Part shown: one piece after another, positions 18,812 to 27,204 of the stretch
Layout: every line of letters begins with the position of its first letter
Numbering within the stretch: the first letter of the stretch is position 1
DNA from: a virus
Lineage: Duplodnaviria; Caudoviricetes
Length of the DNA stretch: 32,660 nucleotides
Direction: 5' to 3' (one strand)
IMG/VR virus record: IMGVR_UViG_3300038974_000315
Span: 1 to 32,660 of that record
The notes under the pieces: generated by a model
Told to the model about the DNA's origin: nothing
What the model saw: only the letters and a program-made list of their open reading frames with translations
Database searches by the model: none
Translations under genes and position numbers: made by a program

Positions 18812-19397
18812 CAAGATTTACATTGGAAGCACTATAAATGCATCGAAAAGATGGATAGAGCATAAAAGAGATCTAAATAAGCAAAATCATCATAATGCAT
18901 TACTTCAAAATGCCTGGAATAAATACGGAGAAGAAAACTTTGTATTTGAAATCATAGAAGAAGTTCTAGATAAATCAAAGCTTTTAGAACGTGAGCAGTA
19001 TCATCTAGACACATTGAATCCTGTGTATAACATTTGTAAAACGACAAATAAAGGATTTAATAGAAATGGATTGATTAATTCTATTGAACATCGAGAAAAA
19101 CTTAAACTAGCATGGATTGAAAGGCGAAAAAGAAAAGAAAAACGGCGAGCTCATAAAAAACGAACAAAAAAATCTGAAGAAACGAAACAGAAAATAAGAA
19201 ATGCTCTTCTTGGCAGATTTCATTCGGAAGAAACAAAAGAAAAAATAAGACAAAAAGCAATTGGTCGAAAAATTTCCGAAGAAACAAGAATAAAATTAAG
19301 TCTTATCAAAAAAGGCAAGAAACCAAACAATTGCATAAATAACCAATCTACTTTAAAAATTAAGATGTTAGTAGATCATCTTGGGAGGTTATCATGA
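18756..19397 (+). CDS. GIY-YIG homing endonuclease with NUMOD3 repeats
   Basis: CIYRITN...IYIGST and HSEETKEKI repeats. Paralog of 3770-4432. Confidence 0.92.
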   Translation: MDSTKKSSCIYRITNVINNKIYIGSTINASKRWIEHKRDLNKQNHHNALLQNAWNKYGEENFVFEIIEEVLDKSKLLEREQYHLDTLNPVYNICKTTNKGFNRNGLINSIEHREKLKLAWIERRKRKEKRRAHKKRTKKSEETKQKIRNALLGRFHSEETKEKIRQKAIGRKISEETRIKLSLIKKGKKPNNCINNQSTLKIKMLVDHLGRLS

Positions 19398-20206
19398 TGG
19401 CGTATAGTAATAAACTCGTCTGCTCAGTAAAAGTCAACAACAAGATCCTCAGAGAGAAAGTAGAATCGGGTATCTCTACAGTTTGGATTCCATTCGGTAG
19501 TGAGTACTCTATTCTCGTAAAGAATCTCGCAGGAAGAAACGCTGTAGTTCATCTAGAAATAGATGGTAAAAGTATCACTACCGATAAGTCTGGAATACTG
19601 CTCTCAGCAGGAAGAGAAACAGAACTGAAGGGCTTCATCGAAGGAGTCAAAACCAATCGACGCTTCAAGTTCATCGAGAAGACCGAAGAGATCTCCGACT
19701 ATAGAGGCGATCGAATCGACGATGGAATGATTCGAGTTACATGGCAGTTTGAGAAACCTGCTCAGGTGTACACTCCAGTACGCCAATGGATTTTTTGCAA
19801 TGTATGTCGTGCGTGGCATTACGATGATGAGCCATGCAGAAGCGTGTGGACGTATGAGCCTCACATAGTGTGGACAAAATCAGCGTCGACAGACACCTAT
19901 GGGGGATTAGTGACTTCTTGTTACTACTCGTCGGTAGACACATCAATGCGCTCAATCGGCACTTCCGCAAATAATGACGGCATAACCGTAGAAGGTTCAA
20001 AAACACATCAGTCTTTTTACACCACTAGTTTGGGAGATCTAGAAACCGAAGTTCATTCAATGGTTATTGTAATGAAGGGATACAAAGGTTCTATCAAGGT
20101 AGAAAAGCCTATCTTGGTCAACACCAAGAAAAGATGTCCATCTTGTGGTAGAATGTATTCATCAAAGTTCGAATTCTGCCCTAACGACGGAACCGCATTG
20201 AAATAA
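19394..20206 (+). CDS. Hypothetical phage protein with C-terminal zinc ribbon
   Basis: 270-aa ORF with RBS GGAGG and CPSCG...FCPNDG. Confidence 0.75.
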   Translation: MMAYSNKLVCSVKVNNKILREKVESGISTVWIPFGSEYSILVKNLAGRNAVVHLEIDGKSITTDKSGILLSAGRETELKGFIEGVKTNRRFKFIEKTEEISDYRGDRIDDGMIRVTWQFEKPAQVYTPVRQWIFCNVCRAWHYDDEPCRSVWTYEPHIVWTKSASTDTYGGLVTSCYYSSVDTSMRSIGTSANNDGITVEGSKTHQSFYTTSLGDLETEVHSMVIVMKGYKGSIKVEKPILVNTKKRCPSCGRMYSSKFEFCPNDGTALK

Positions 20207-20284
20207 TAAGTGGGGCGCTACGGAACCGGTAGCCGTACTGTCTGTTTTATGTCAGGCCGCCCATTTTATTTTGAAAGGTATGTT

Positions 20285-20986
20285 ATGATTGAAGTAATAA
20301 TGCCCGTATTCAACACTCCCGCCCATTTACTGAACAAATCAATAAAATCTGTAATAAATCAAACCTATAAAGACTTCAAGCTATGGATAATAGATGACGG
20401 TTCGACCGATGAATACGTTAGCATGCTATTATTTACAATGAAGAAACACCGAGATGCTTTCACAAGAGACGTCAATGTTATTTGTAAGCCAAACGGTGGA
20501 GTTAGCTCTGCCAGAAACGCAGCAATAGAGCAAGTCGAGCCAGATTCTATTATCGCTTATTGCGACTCAGATGATGTATGGGAACCGAATCACCTTGAAG
20601 ATTCTGTAAGATTTCTAGAGATAGGATACGATGTAGTGTATTCAACTCCTAAACTAGAAGACGAACATGGTAATAGAATGATTCCTTTCGGCATTCCATT
20701 ATACGAATCTTTTCAGGGATACAGACTCAGAATAGGAAACTTTATTCACATTTCATCTGTTTTGCACAAACAGAAGGGCGAAAAAGAATACTTTGATTCT
20801 GCTGTTGATTCTTTAGAAGACTACGACATGTGGATGAGATTGTTTCAAAAGGGCTACAGGTTCATGCAGAAACCCGACACAACTGTTACCTATCTATGCC
20901 GACAAAACTCTGGTGCAGCAGGTGGCAGAAACGTAATCGATAAAGTAAGAGAAAAACATAAAGAGTTTTTGGAGAGTATAAAATGA
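20285..20986 (+). CDS. GT2 family glycosyltransferase
   Basis: VIMPVFN, IIDDGSTD, NGGVSSARN, YCDSDD and EDYDMW. Start reassigned to ATG 20285. Confidence 0.9.
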   Translation: MIEVIMPVFNTPAHLLNKSIKSVINQTYKDFKLWIIDDGSTDEYVSMLLFTMKKHRDAFTRDVNVICKPNGGVSSARNAAIEQVEPDSIIAYCDSDDVWEPNHLEDSVRFLEIGYDVVYSTPKLEDEHGNRMIPFGIPLYESFQGYRLRIGNFIHISSVLHKQKGEKEYFDSAVDSLEDYDMWMRLFQKGYRFMQKPDTTVTYLCRQNSGAAGGRNVIDKVREKHKEFLESIK

Positions 20987-21501
20987 GCGAACCTATTAGA
21001 CTAAATCTCGGTGCTGGAGATGAAGTTATTCCAGGATTTCTAGCATGCGACTTATTCAATGAAAAAGCCGACATGAAGTTCGACTGCGCTAAAATACCAT
21101 TTGAAGACAATCACATCGATGAAATCAGAGCGTATCATCTCATAGAGCATTTTGATTTCATGCAGATACAAGAGGTTCTAAAAGAGTGGTATCGAGCTCT
21201 AAAACCAGGCGGGAGGCTTCATCTAGAAACTCCTGATTTCATGGGTTCTTGCGAAGAGTTTATAAAGGGACCCGAAGAGTGGCGAATCGTACTCTATGGT
21301 CACTTCTTTGCGTGGCCCTGGATAGAGGGTCAGTGCCACAAGTTTTTGTTTACTGAACAGCAACTCAAGTTCATGCTTTCATCTGCAGGATTCAAAGACA
21401 TTAGACGAATTGAAGCCGACTCTATTTATGCTAAAGCTAAAGGGCCAGGCGGCAGAGAAAATCCCAAAAAACTATACTTGAATGTAGAGGCTTTCAAATG
21501 A
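20983..21501 (+). CDS. Class I SAM-dependent methyltransferase
   Basis: LNLGAG, HLIEHF and LKPGG motifs. Confidence 0.85.
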   Translation: MSEPIRLNLGAGDEVIPGFLACDLFNEKADMKFDCAKIPFEDNHIDEIRAYHLIEHFDFMQIQEVLKEWYRALKPGGRLHLETPDFMGSCEEFIKGPEEWRIVLYGHFFAWPWIEGQCHKFLFTEQQLKFMLSSAGFKDIRRIEADSIYAKAKGPGGRENPKKLYLNVEAFK

Positions 21502-22169
21502 GAAAATTCCACGAAGCGTATGTGAAGTACTTCAATGAATCACCAAAGACTATTCTAGAAATCGGATCAAGAGACGGAGATTCTGCTGAAGACCTAAGAG
21601 CTTTGAGTAATGCGAAAGCCGAGGATGTCTATGTTGTAGAACCTCACCCGGAGTCGTTCAGACGAATCATTCAAAAGTATCCAGGTTTTCATGTGTTTGA
21701 GTTAGCTGTATCGAATGAACCCGGCGTAGTCAGCTTCAACGCGATTCCCTATACGTACAGCCATGGAACCGTTGGAACAAGCTCTCTTCTAAGAAAAAAC
21801 ATGGATTTCATTACGAAAATCGTTCCAAATGCTACTAGTCCAGAGCGCTGGGTCAAAGTCTTAGCTGTCTCGGGTAGAACTATTCTTCAGCTAATAGACC
21901 GTCCAGGAATAGACGCCGTAAAGATTGACGTTGAAGGATTTACCTACGAAGTTCTGAAAAGCTTTGGAGACGATGTGAGATTGCTCAAAGCACTTCATGT
22001 CGAAGTAGAAAAGATTCCTATCTGGGAAAACCAGAAGTACTACGACGATGTAAAAAGACTTCTAGCGTGGTATAACTTCGAAGAGACTTATTATGAAGGA
22101 ATGTTCTGGGTAAACTACTCAACTGGAGAAAAGGGTCAGGGCGATTCAGTCTGGATGAGGAAAGACTAA
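21498..22169 (+). CDS. FkbM-family methyltransferase
   Basis: LEIGSRDG, VEPHP and KIDVEG motifs. Confidence 0.85.
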   Translation: MRKFHEAYVKYFNESPKTILEIGSRDGDSAEDLRALSNAKAEDVYVVEPHPESFRRIIQKYPGFHVFELAVSNEPGVVSFNAIPYTYSHGTVGTSSLLRKNMDFITKIVPNATSPERWVKVLAVSGRTILQLIDRPGIDAVKIDVEGFTYEVLKSFGDDVRLLKALHVEVEKIPIWENQKYYDDVKRLLAWYNFEETYYEGMFWVNYSTGEKGQGDSVWMRKD

Positions 22170-22501
22170 TGGGACAAAAGCTTTTCGTCATAAGAAACGA
22201 TAAATACAGACTCGACATAACTTCCTTTGATGAAAACTATGAGTCTATCAAACAGGGAGAATCTAAGTATAGCTATAGGTTCTCAATCAAGGAAAAGCTG
22301 TCTCAAAAGAAGCCTCTAGAATCCTATGATGCAAACGCTAAAGAAGGGAAGATAGGATTTGATCTTAAACCCCAGCTTCCCTTCGGAGTGTATCTTTATG
22401 CTATAGAACTGATTAGCATAGTCAATGGTAAGAAGATAGACGAGCTAGCTTATGGTTTTATTGAGATTATTCCTGACATCATTGAATCTAATCATCGATA
22501 A
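22169..22501 (+). CDS. Hypothetical protein
   Basis: TAATG coupling to the upstream gene; 110 aa. Confidence 0.6.
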   Translation: MGQKLFVIRNDKYRLDITSFDENYESIKQGESKYSYRFSIKEKLSQKKPLESYDANAKEGKIGFDLKPQLPFGVYLYAIELISIVNGKKIDELAYGFIEIIPDIIESNHR

Positions 22502-22939
22502 AGGCTCCATAGCATACAACTCTATGTCACATTGCAACGCGACAGATTGACCCTCCTCTATTATTCCCTTCTCAATGATTGATTTTATGATGCTGCTATC
22601 ATCGGCGCCCAGAAACGAAAATACGACGTCTTCAGCATTTTTCGTATAATTCGCGACATCTTTCTTTTTTAGTTTCAAATACTTAGAACTCTTCGTCAGC
22701 CATCGGTCGTAGGCGACATAATGTACGGTTGTATAGTAATAAAGCGGATGGTCTGCTAGATAGTTCTTCAAATGAAGATAGTTCAGAGCAAGATACTCTT
22801 GAACTTTATTCTTAGCAGATCTATAGTTCCCTGAATAGACTAGTCTTCGTCCGTGCTTAGACGGAATCAGTAGATTATTTACGCTGCCCTTTAGTTCGTC
22901 TAGCTTAATCAATAAGCTCACTGTCTTGATTGGTTTCAT
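22445..22939 (-). CDS. RusA-like Holliday junction resolvase
   Basis: SVNN near the N-terminus and DVANYTKNAEDVVF...DDSSI catalytic pattern. Confidence 0.7.
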   Translation of the reverse strand: MKPIKTVSLLIKLDELKGSVNNLLIPSKHGRRLVYSGNYRSAKNKVQEYLALNYLHLKNYLADHPLYYYTTVHYVAYDRWLTKSSKYLKLKKKDVANYTKNAEDVVFSFLGADDSSIIKSIIEKGIIEEGQSVALQCDIELYAMEPLSMIRFNDVRNNLNKTIS

Positions 22940-23279
22940 CCTCTTGCAAAAGCTCCTCTACGTTGAATAATCCTGAAAGAAATAAAGCGTTTGCAATAGT
23001 TTGAATGGAGATGTGCGGAAGTTCCGTCAGACACTCCTGATCGAGAGCCTCCACGATTTCATGCATGAGAGTTTTCCTCTTCTTGTTTTCAGGTATGTCT
23101 CGGTTGATGTAAATCGTTTGAGTCAGTGCATCGCAGAGCCCCGAGAAGTTCTGCAAGTTCTCGCCAAAAAGATTTTTCACATCGTCGAGATGTGAAGTTC
23201 CTTCATAAGTCTTGAAAAGCTCGCCAACAGAGATCTGCTTTACTTCGTAAGTAATACCCATGATCGGAACTGTTTTCAT
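22905..23279 (-). CDS. Zincin-like (ImmA/IrrE-like) protein with HExxE variant motif
   Basis: GLC...IYIN...TLMHEIVEAL. Confidence 0.55.
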   Translation of the reverse strand: MKTVPIMGITYEVKQISVGELFKTYEGTSHLDDVKNLFGENLQNFSGLCDALTQTIYINRDIPENKKRKTLMHEIVEALDQECLTELPHISIQTIANALFLSGLFNVEELLQEDETNQDSELID

Positions 23280-23311
23280 GATTGACTCTCCCTGAACGAT
23301 TTGATAAAACT

Positions 23312-23340
23312 ATTCTATAACATTAGCGAAAGATTGTAAA
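23312..23340 (-). promoter_or_regulatory. Sigma70-type promoter
   Basis: TTTACA(ATC)-N17-TAGAAT. Confidence 0.65.
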
Positions 23341-23343
23341 CAC

Positions 23344-23373
23344 AAAAAAGAGACGGCATTTTCACACCGTCTC
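23344..23373 (-). terminator. Intrinsic terminator
   Basis: GAGACGG/CCGTCTC stem followed by T6 on the minus strand. Confidence 0.75.
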
Positions 23374-23390
23374 CTCTTTGTGAAATCTCG

Positions 23391-23585
23391 TTACTTCTTT
23401 GTACGACCGTTACGAACCTCAAGGATGTTCTTCTTCTCGGAACGAACTACATCCGCAATAGCCTTGAGCTTCTTGCGAAGTCTTCCACCCGCTGAGTTGA
23501 CTTCCTTGTCGTAGAACTTGGGAACATCTTCATTCAGTGCTTCTTGCGCGATCCTAATGATTTCTTCGTATGCTTCTTTGCCCAT
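23391..23585 (-). CDS. Histone H1-like (Hc1-type) small basic protein
   Basis: KFYDKEVNSAGGRLRKKL resembles the KFxxKGNKAAGTRARK family. RBS AGGAGG. Confidence 0.6.
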   Translation of the reverse strand: MGKEAYEEIIRIAQEALNEDVPKFYDKEVNSAGGRLRKKLKAIADVVRSEKKNILEVRNGRTKK

Positions 23586-23600
23586 ACTTTCCTCCTGTGA

Positions 23601-24014
23601 TTAATCTTCCTTTAAGAAGATTTGAATAACCGACGATGGCGTTGCAATAACATCTTTGAACTTGTAATCGACTAACCCGATACTATACAGCACTGCAAAA
23701 GCACGATACGCCGAACTTCGCGTCAAAGACTCATCTGCGATTGTTTCGAATAGTCTTTCTACTTCTCTAAGCAAAATGGGTCTATCTGCGATTCGGAGAA
23801 CCTGATAGAGAGTTGTCGTAGGTCCCTTTACATCGAAAATAAGATTTTCATCTTTATCGCATGACATTTTTAGAAAATCACTGAACGAACCTTCGCCGTC
23901 TCTAATGAAAGCCATAAAATCTGACATGATTGCATCTTCATTTGTTTTGAAATGAGAAATCATGCTCTTTCTAAATGCTTCAAACCTTTTAGATGCTTTC
24001 TTTTTTCCTCGCAC
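23601..24014 (-). CDS. Hypothetical protein (possible winged-helix C-terminus)
   Basis: ORF with GTG at 24014 preferred by its spacing from AGGAGG. Confidence 0.6.
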   Translation of the reverse strand: MRGKKKASKRFEAFRKSMISHFKTNEDAIMSDFMAFIRDGEGSFSDFLKMSCDKDENLIFDVKGPTTTLYQVLRIADRPILLREVERLFETIADESLTRSSAYRAFAVLYSIGLVDYKFKDVIATPSSVIQIFLKED

Positions 24015-24023
24015 AGACACCTC

Positions 24024-24737
24024 CTAGAAATGCTCGAATGCAAATGTTGGTTGAATGTATTCAGAAACTAGTCGTTTCTTCGATTCTGCAATAAGTTTTT
24101 CAATGGCCGAGAACTTCTTTTCAAGCGATCCTCTGCCTTTAGTGGTCTTTTTGGTAATCACAACTTCGCCACTTATATCTTCTAGTTTCGGGAAACCAAG
24201 CTCTTGTCTTATTTTGTTAGGTGTAATGTCGGTATTATAATAATTCGACGAAAATCTGTCCATTGAGATAGTAGCTGTTGTAAATGAATTGGATGATAAA
24301 GTAGAATCAGGATCGATCCAGCATGTGTTTCTAGCGACCATAGGTTTATCCTTTACAAAGTCTTCTATTTGACGCCTAAGAGTTTTTGAAAGATGATTGA
24401 TTGCCATTACAAATCGTGTGTTTATAAAATGGCTATCCAGCGACATTGAAAATCGAAATTCGTTTTCGAATTCAACACGAGAAACATGTTCTGAACACTG
24501 TAGAAACTCTTTAGTGGGAAGATGAACTACTTCTATTCCAAAACGAAATCCATAGTCGTAGTCATCATGATCTACAACAACTCGAGTTATCCTGAATCCG
24601 TACATTTGAAACACATCTTCTAGCTCTTTTTCTACTGAAATCTGAAGACACTGTTTCAGGATGTGACGAGGATCGTTTGAGGACGTATCGATCTTTTCTC
24701 CAAGAAATGTTGTTATCTTGGGATAATCATGAGCCAT
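24024..24737 (-). CDS. Hypothetical protein
   Basis: 237-aa ORF with TAATG coupling; ends in TAG. Confidence 0.7.
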   Translation of the reverse strand: MAHDYPKITTFLGEKIDTSSNDPRHILKQCLQISVEKELEDVFQMYGFRITRVVVDHDDYDYGFRFGIEVVHLPTKEFLQCSEHVSRVEFENEFRFSMSLDSHFINTRFVMAINHLSKTLRRQIEDFVKDKPMVARNTCWIDPDSTLSSNSFTTATISMDRFSSNYYNTDITPNKIRQELGFPKLEDISGEVVITKKTTKGRGSLEKKFSAIEKLIAESKKRLVSEYIQPTFAFEHF

Positions 24738-25249
24738 TACTTACTCGATTTAGATGGAATGTTTCCTACAGTGACAGTAGGAAGTCTCTTCATGATTTCG
24801 AGCATGGTGTCTTTCAGGTCAGCCATGTGAGCATTGAGAAGCTTCTGGTTCTCGGCATCTCTCTTTTCAATGAGATCGCGAACTTGTTCATTGTACTTCT
24901 TAGAAAGCTCGTTTTCCTTTTCTTTAACCTGAACATCGACCATTCTCTTCTCATGTTCGCGAAGCTGTTCCGCCTTCTCTTTGTCGAGAGCGATAAGGTG
25001 ATTGATGTCGATCTTCTCACGATTGAACTGAGCATCCATTTCCTTACGCTTGAGCTCATTTTCAGTCTGAATCTTCTTTAGATCGATTTCAAGATCGCGC
25101 TTCTCTTCCTTGAGCTGATCAATGATTTCCTGTAGATTTGAGATTTTATCCTGGAGGGATTCTTGGCGTTCTTCTTCGTCGCCGATTGAAGAGTCTAGAT
25201 GATTGATAACACGTTCGAGTTTAGTTCCAAGTTCTTTGTTAATCCACAT
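24737..25249 (-). CDS. Coiled-coil hypothetical protein
   Basis: E/K/L heptad-rich; RBS AGGAGG; extended -10 TGGTATAAT at 25280-25288. Confidence 0.75.
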   Translation of the reverse strand: MWINKELGTKLERVINHLDSSIGDEEERQESLQDKISNLQEIIDQLKEEKRDLEIDLKKIQTENELKRKEMDAQFNREKIDINHLIALDKEKAEQLREHEKRMVDVQVKEKENELSKKYNEQVRDLIEKRDAENQKLLNAHMADLKDTMLEIMKRLPTVTVGNIPSKSSK

Positions 25250-25309
25250 AAATGCATCCTCCTAAGGGATATTAGTTACATTATACCACATGCAGAACGT
25301 TTTATACTG

Positions 25310-25382
25310 TGTCCGGAGAGAGATTCGAACTCTCACTTTCTGCGTTCTAAGCGCAGTGACTCTGCCGTTGGCCTACCCGGAC
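25310..25382 (-). tRNA. tRNA-Leu(TAG), short variable loop
   Basis: Cloverleaf; anticodon arm CTGCG-CTTAGAA-CGCAG; T loop TTCGAAT. Confidence 0.85.
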
Positions 25383-25383
25383 G

Positions 25384-25460
25384 TGGTGTTCCTGGTCAGA
25401 TTCGAACCGACACTTTTCCGCTCTTGAGGCGGATGACTCTACCAATTGGCCTACAGGAAC
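25384..25460 (-). tRNA. tRNA-Leu(CAA), short variable loop, CCA encoded
   Basis: Anticodon arm TCCGC-CTCAAGA-GCGGA. Confidence 0.85.
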
Positions 25461-25463
25461 ATG

Positions 25464-25544
25464 CCTCGCTGGCAGGATTCGAACCTGCAGTTTCAGTTTC
25501 CATTACGATTCCGACGCTTAGAAGGCGTGGTCGTCTACAGCGAG
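25464..25544 (-). ncRNA. D-armless tRNA-like RNA with TCT (Arg) anticodon loop
   Basis: Acceptor CTCGCTG/CAGCGAG, perfect T arm and ACGC-CTTCTAA-GCGT. No D arm; long 3' connector. Confidence 0.65.
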
Positions 25545-25568
25545 ATTAAACTAATGCGAAAGTTCTAT

Positions 25569-26045
25569 TTATTTTCGTTTCTTAAATCTATTCTCTTCTA
25601 TTCTCTTTTTAAAAGCTTCTGCTTTTATCTTGCGTTCTTCTTTTTCTCTAGAAGCTTTGAGAATCTTCACTTCTTTTTCAGCATTTTCATTTTCTAAACG
25701 TAAGCGTTCTTGATACTGAGATTCTTGATCGGCTCTCAACTGACGAGCGAACTCAAGTTCTCTTTCGCGTCGAAGCTTTTCTTTTCGCTCGATTTGCTCG
25801 TTTTCTTTTATGATGTTTCTATTGATTGTGTCGAGCTCTACTTCTAGAATCTCTTTTGCATTTTTGGCGCGAACAAGAGCTTCTATGCTTGACTTTAACC
25901 AATTTTCCCATCCTTCTTGGAGAGATGCATCATCTTTAATCGAAATCAAATAATCTTTTAACTCGCGTTCTTTTTTAGAGATTCCACGTTCTAAGATTTT
26001 TAGTTCCGACTGTCGATTGTATTTTCTCTCAAGAGATTCTCTCAT
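25569..26045 (-). CDS. Coiled-coil hypothetical protein
   Basis: 158-aa E/K/R-rich ORF. Confidence 0.7.
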   Translation of the reverse strand: MRESLERKYNRQSELKILERGISKKERELKDYLISIKDDASLQEGWENWLKSSIEALVRAKNAKEILEVELDTINRNIIKENEQIERKEKLRRERELEFARQLRADQESQYQERLRLENENAEKEVKILKASREKEERKIKAEAFKKRIEENRFKKRK

Positions 26046-26048
26046 TGA

Positions 26049-26249
26049 TTATTTACGGAGATCTGATTCTCCACCCTTTCCGATTACGTCGCTGTCTGCA
26101 ACTTTAGAAAGATCATCTGAGAGTCTCCCAGCGCCGACAGGAATGTTCATCGCCCGACTTCTATTGAGATACTCTTTTTCTTGCTGTTTCAAGCCCTGAA
26201 TGAGCTCCTGTATTGACTTACTCACGTCGTTTTTCCCTTCGTACTTCAT
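26049..26249 (-). CDS. Small hypothetical protein
   Basis: ORF in a tightly packed minus-strand operon; ATG at 26249 (MKYEGK). Confidence 0.55.
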   Translation of the reverse strand: MKYEGKNDVSKSIQELIQGLKQQEKEYLNRSRAMNIPVGAGRLSDDLSKVADSDVIGKGGESDLRK

Positions 26250-26439
26250 TATCACTACCTTCTTCTACTTCAAACCCTTGAAGTCTTGAATTGCACCCGT
26301 ACGCGTCATTGTATTCATACTCTGATGCTGCTACGGGATCCGCGATTGCTGTGTTATACTTACAAACCTTGCCACAACCCATGCAACCTGGAAGATAAAC
26401 CAAGCTAACCTGATTCTTGTGCTTCAACACTTGTCCCAT
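26218..26439 (-). CDS. Small Cys-containing hypothetical protein
   Basis: RBS AAGGAG; CMGCGKVC motif. Confidence 0.6.
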   Translation of the reverse strand: MGQVLKHKNQVSLVYLPGCMGCGKVCKYNTAIADPVAASEYEYNDAYGCNSRLQGFEVEEGSDNEVRREKRRE

Positions 26440-26453
26440 GCAAATCTCCTTTA

Positions 26454-26624
26454 TTACTTCTTGATTTTATCTATTACTTTTTCTACAAGGTCTTTCGCTT
26501 CTTCTAGCTTTTCTTTTCCTTCTTGAATGAGCGGCTCTGTCTTGTTGGCATTTCTACGCATGTAGAGAATACCCCATACAAAGCAAGCCGCTAAGAGAAT
26601 GATTCCAAAAATAACCCATTTCAT
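26454..26624 (-). CDS. Small membrane protein (56 aa)
   Basis: MKWVIFGIILLAACFVWGILYMRRN...KIKK; RBS GAGGTG. Below the ORF-track cutoff. Confidence 0.7.
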   Translation of the reverse strand: MKWVIFGIILLAACFVWGILYMRRNANKTEPLIQEGKEKLEEAKDLVEKVIDKIKK

Positions 26625-26661
26625 AAAACACCTCTAAGAGAAGTATTTTTGCAATTTTATG

Positions 26662-26732
26662 AGCCCACTCCCGGAATCGAACCGAGATCAACTGATTACA
26701 GGTCAGTCGCACTACCATTGTGCTAAGCAGGC
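26662..26732 (-). tRNA. tRNA-Thr(TGT) with C33
   Basis: Anticodon arm ACTGA-CCTGTAA-TCAGT; GCC acceptor start. Confidence 0.8.
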
Positions 26733-26849
26733 ATGTACTACTAAATTACGAAGATTTGCGCGGTTTTTATGAAAAGCTGGAAACTCTTGATTTCTATGTA
26801 GCCCAAGGGTTTTACGGTGTTTACCCACCAACCAGCTACCATCAAAAAC

Positions 26850-26878
26850 ATTATACCATAACAGAAGATGATTGTACA
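26850..26878 (-). promoter_or_regulatory. Sigma70-type promoter
   Basis: TGTACA(ATC)-N17-TATAAT with extended TG. Confidence 0.75.
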
Positions 26879-26886
26879 ATGTTATG

Positions 26887-26959
26887 AGCAACCAGTGAGA
26901 ATCGAACTCACGTAAGACTGTTTTGCAGACAGCCGGCTAAGCCATTCACCCATGGTTGC
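26887..26959 (-). tRNA. tRNA-Cys(GCA)
   Basis: Loop CTGCAAA; U73. Confidence 0.9.
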
Positions 26960-26962
26960 ATG

Positions 26963-27033
26963 AGCCAGATCCGGGAATCGAACCCGAATTTTCTCCTTAC
27001 CAAAGAGACGGTCTACCATTGAACTAATCCGGC
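26963..27033 (-). tRNA. tRNA-Thr(GGT)
   Basis: Loop TTGGTAA. Confidence 0.9.
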
Positions 27034-27036
27034 ATG

Positions 27037-27108
27037 CGCCCTTGAGAGGATTCGAACCTCCAATGAATGGTTCGTAGCCATTTAGTTTATCCATTAGCTT
27101 ACAAGGGC
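27037..27108 (-). tRNA. tRNA-Arg(ACG)
   Basis: Loop CTACGAA. Confidence 0.9.
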
Positions 27109-27111
27109 ATG

Positions 27112-27198
27112 CGGAAGGTAGAGGATTCGAACCTCTGCAGGTGTTACCCTGGCCAGAGTTTAGCAAACTCGCACCATTCCAGACTCGGTCAACCTTCC
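27112..27198 (-). tRNA. tRNA-Ser(GCT)
   Basis: Loop TTGCTAA, long variable arm, G73. Confidence 0.9.
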
Positions 27199-27204
27199 AT
27201 TGAT

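Noticed and set aside
3770-19397. Group I introns around the two GIY-YIG genes
   Set aside because: Both ORFs overlap intact neighbours directly, leaving no room for a ribozyme core; they are free-standing.
20207-20284. GC-rich mini-structure before the glycosyltransferase as a riboswitch or N-terminal extension
   Set aside because: It has only short stems (GGGCG/CGCCC, GCTAC/GTAGC) followed by a T-rich tract, compatible with a plain terminator; no recognisable aptamer.
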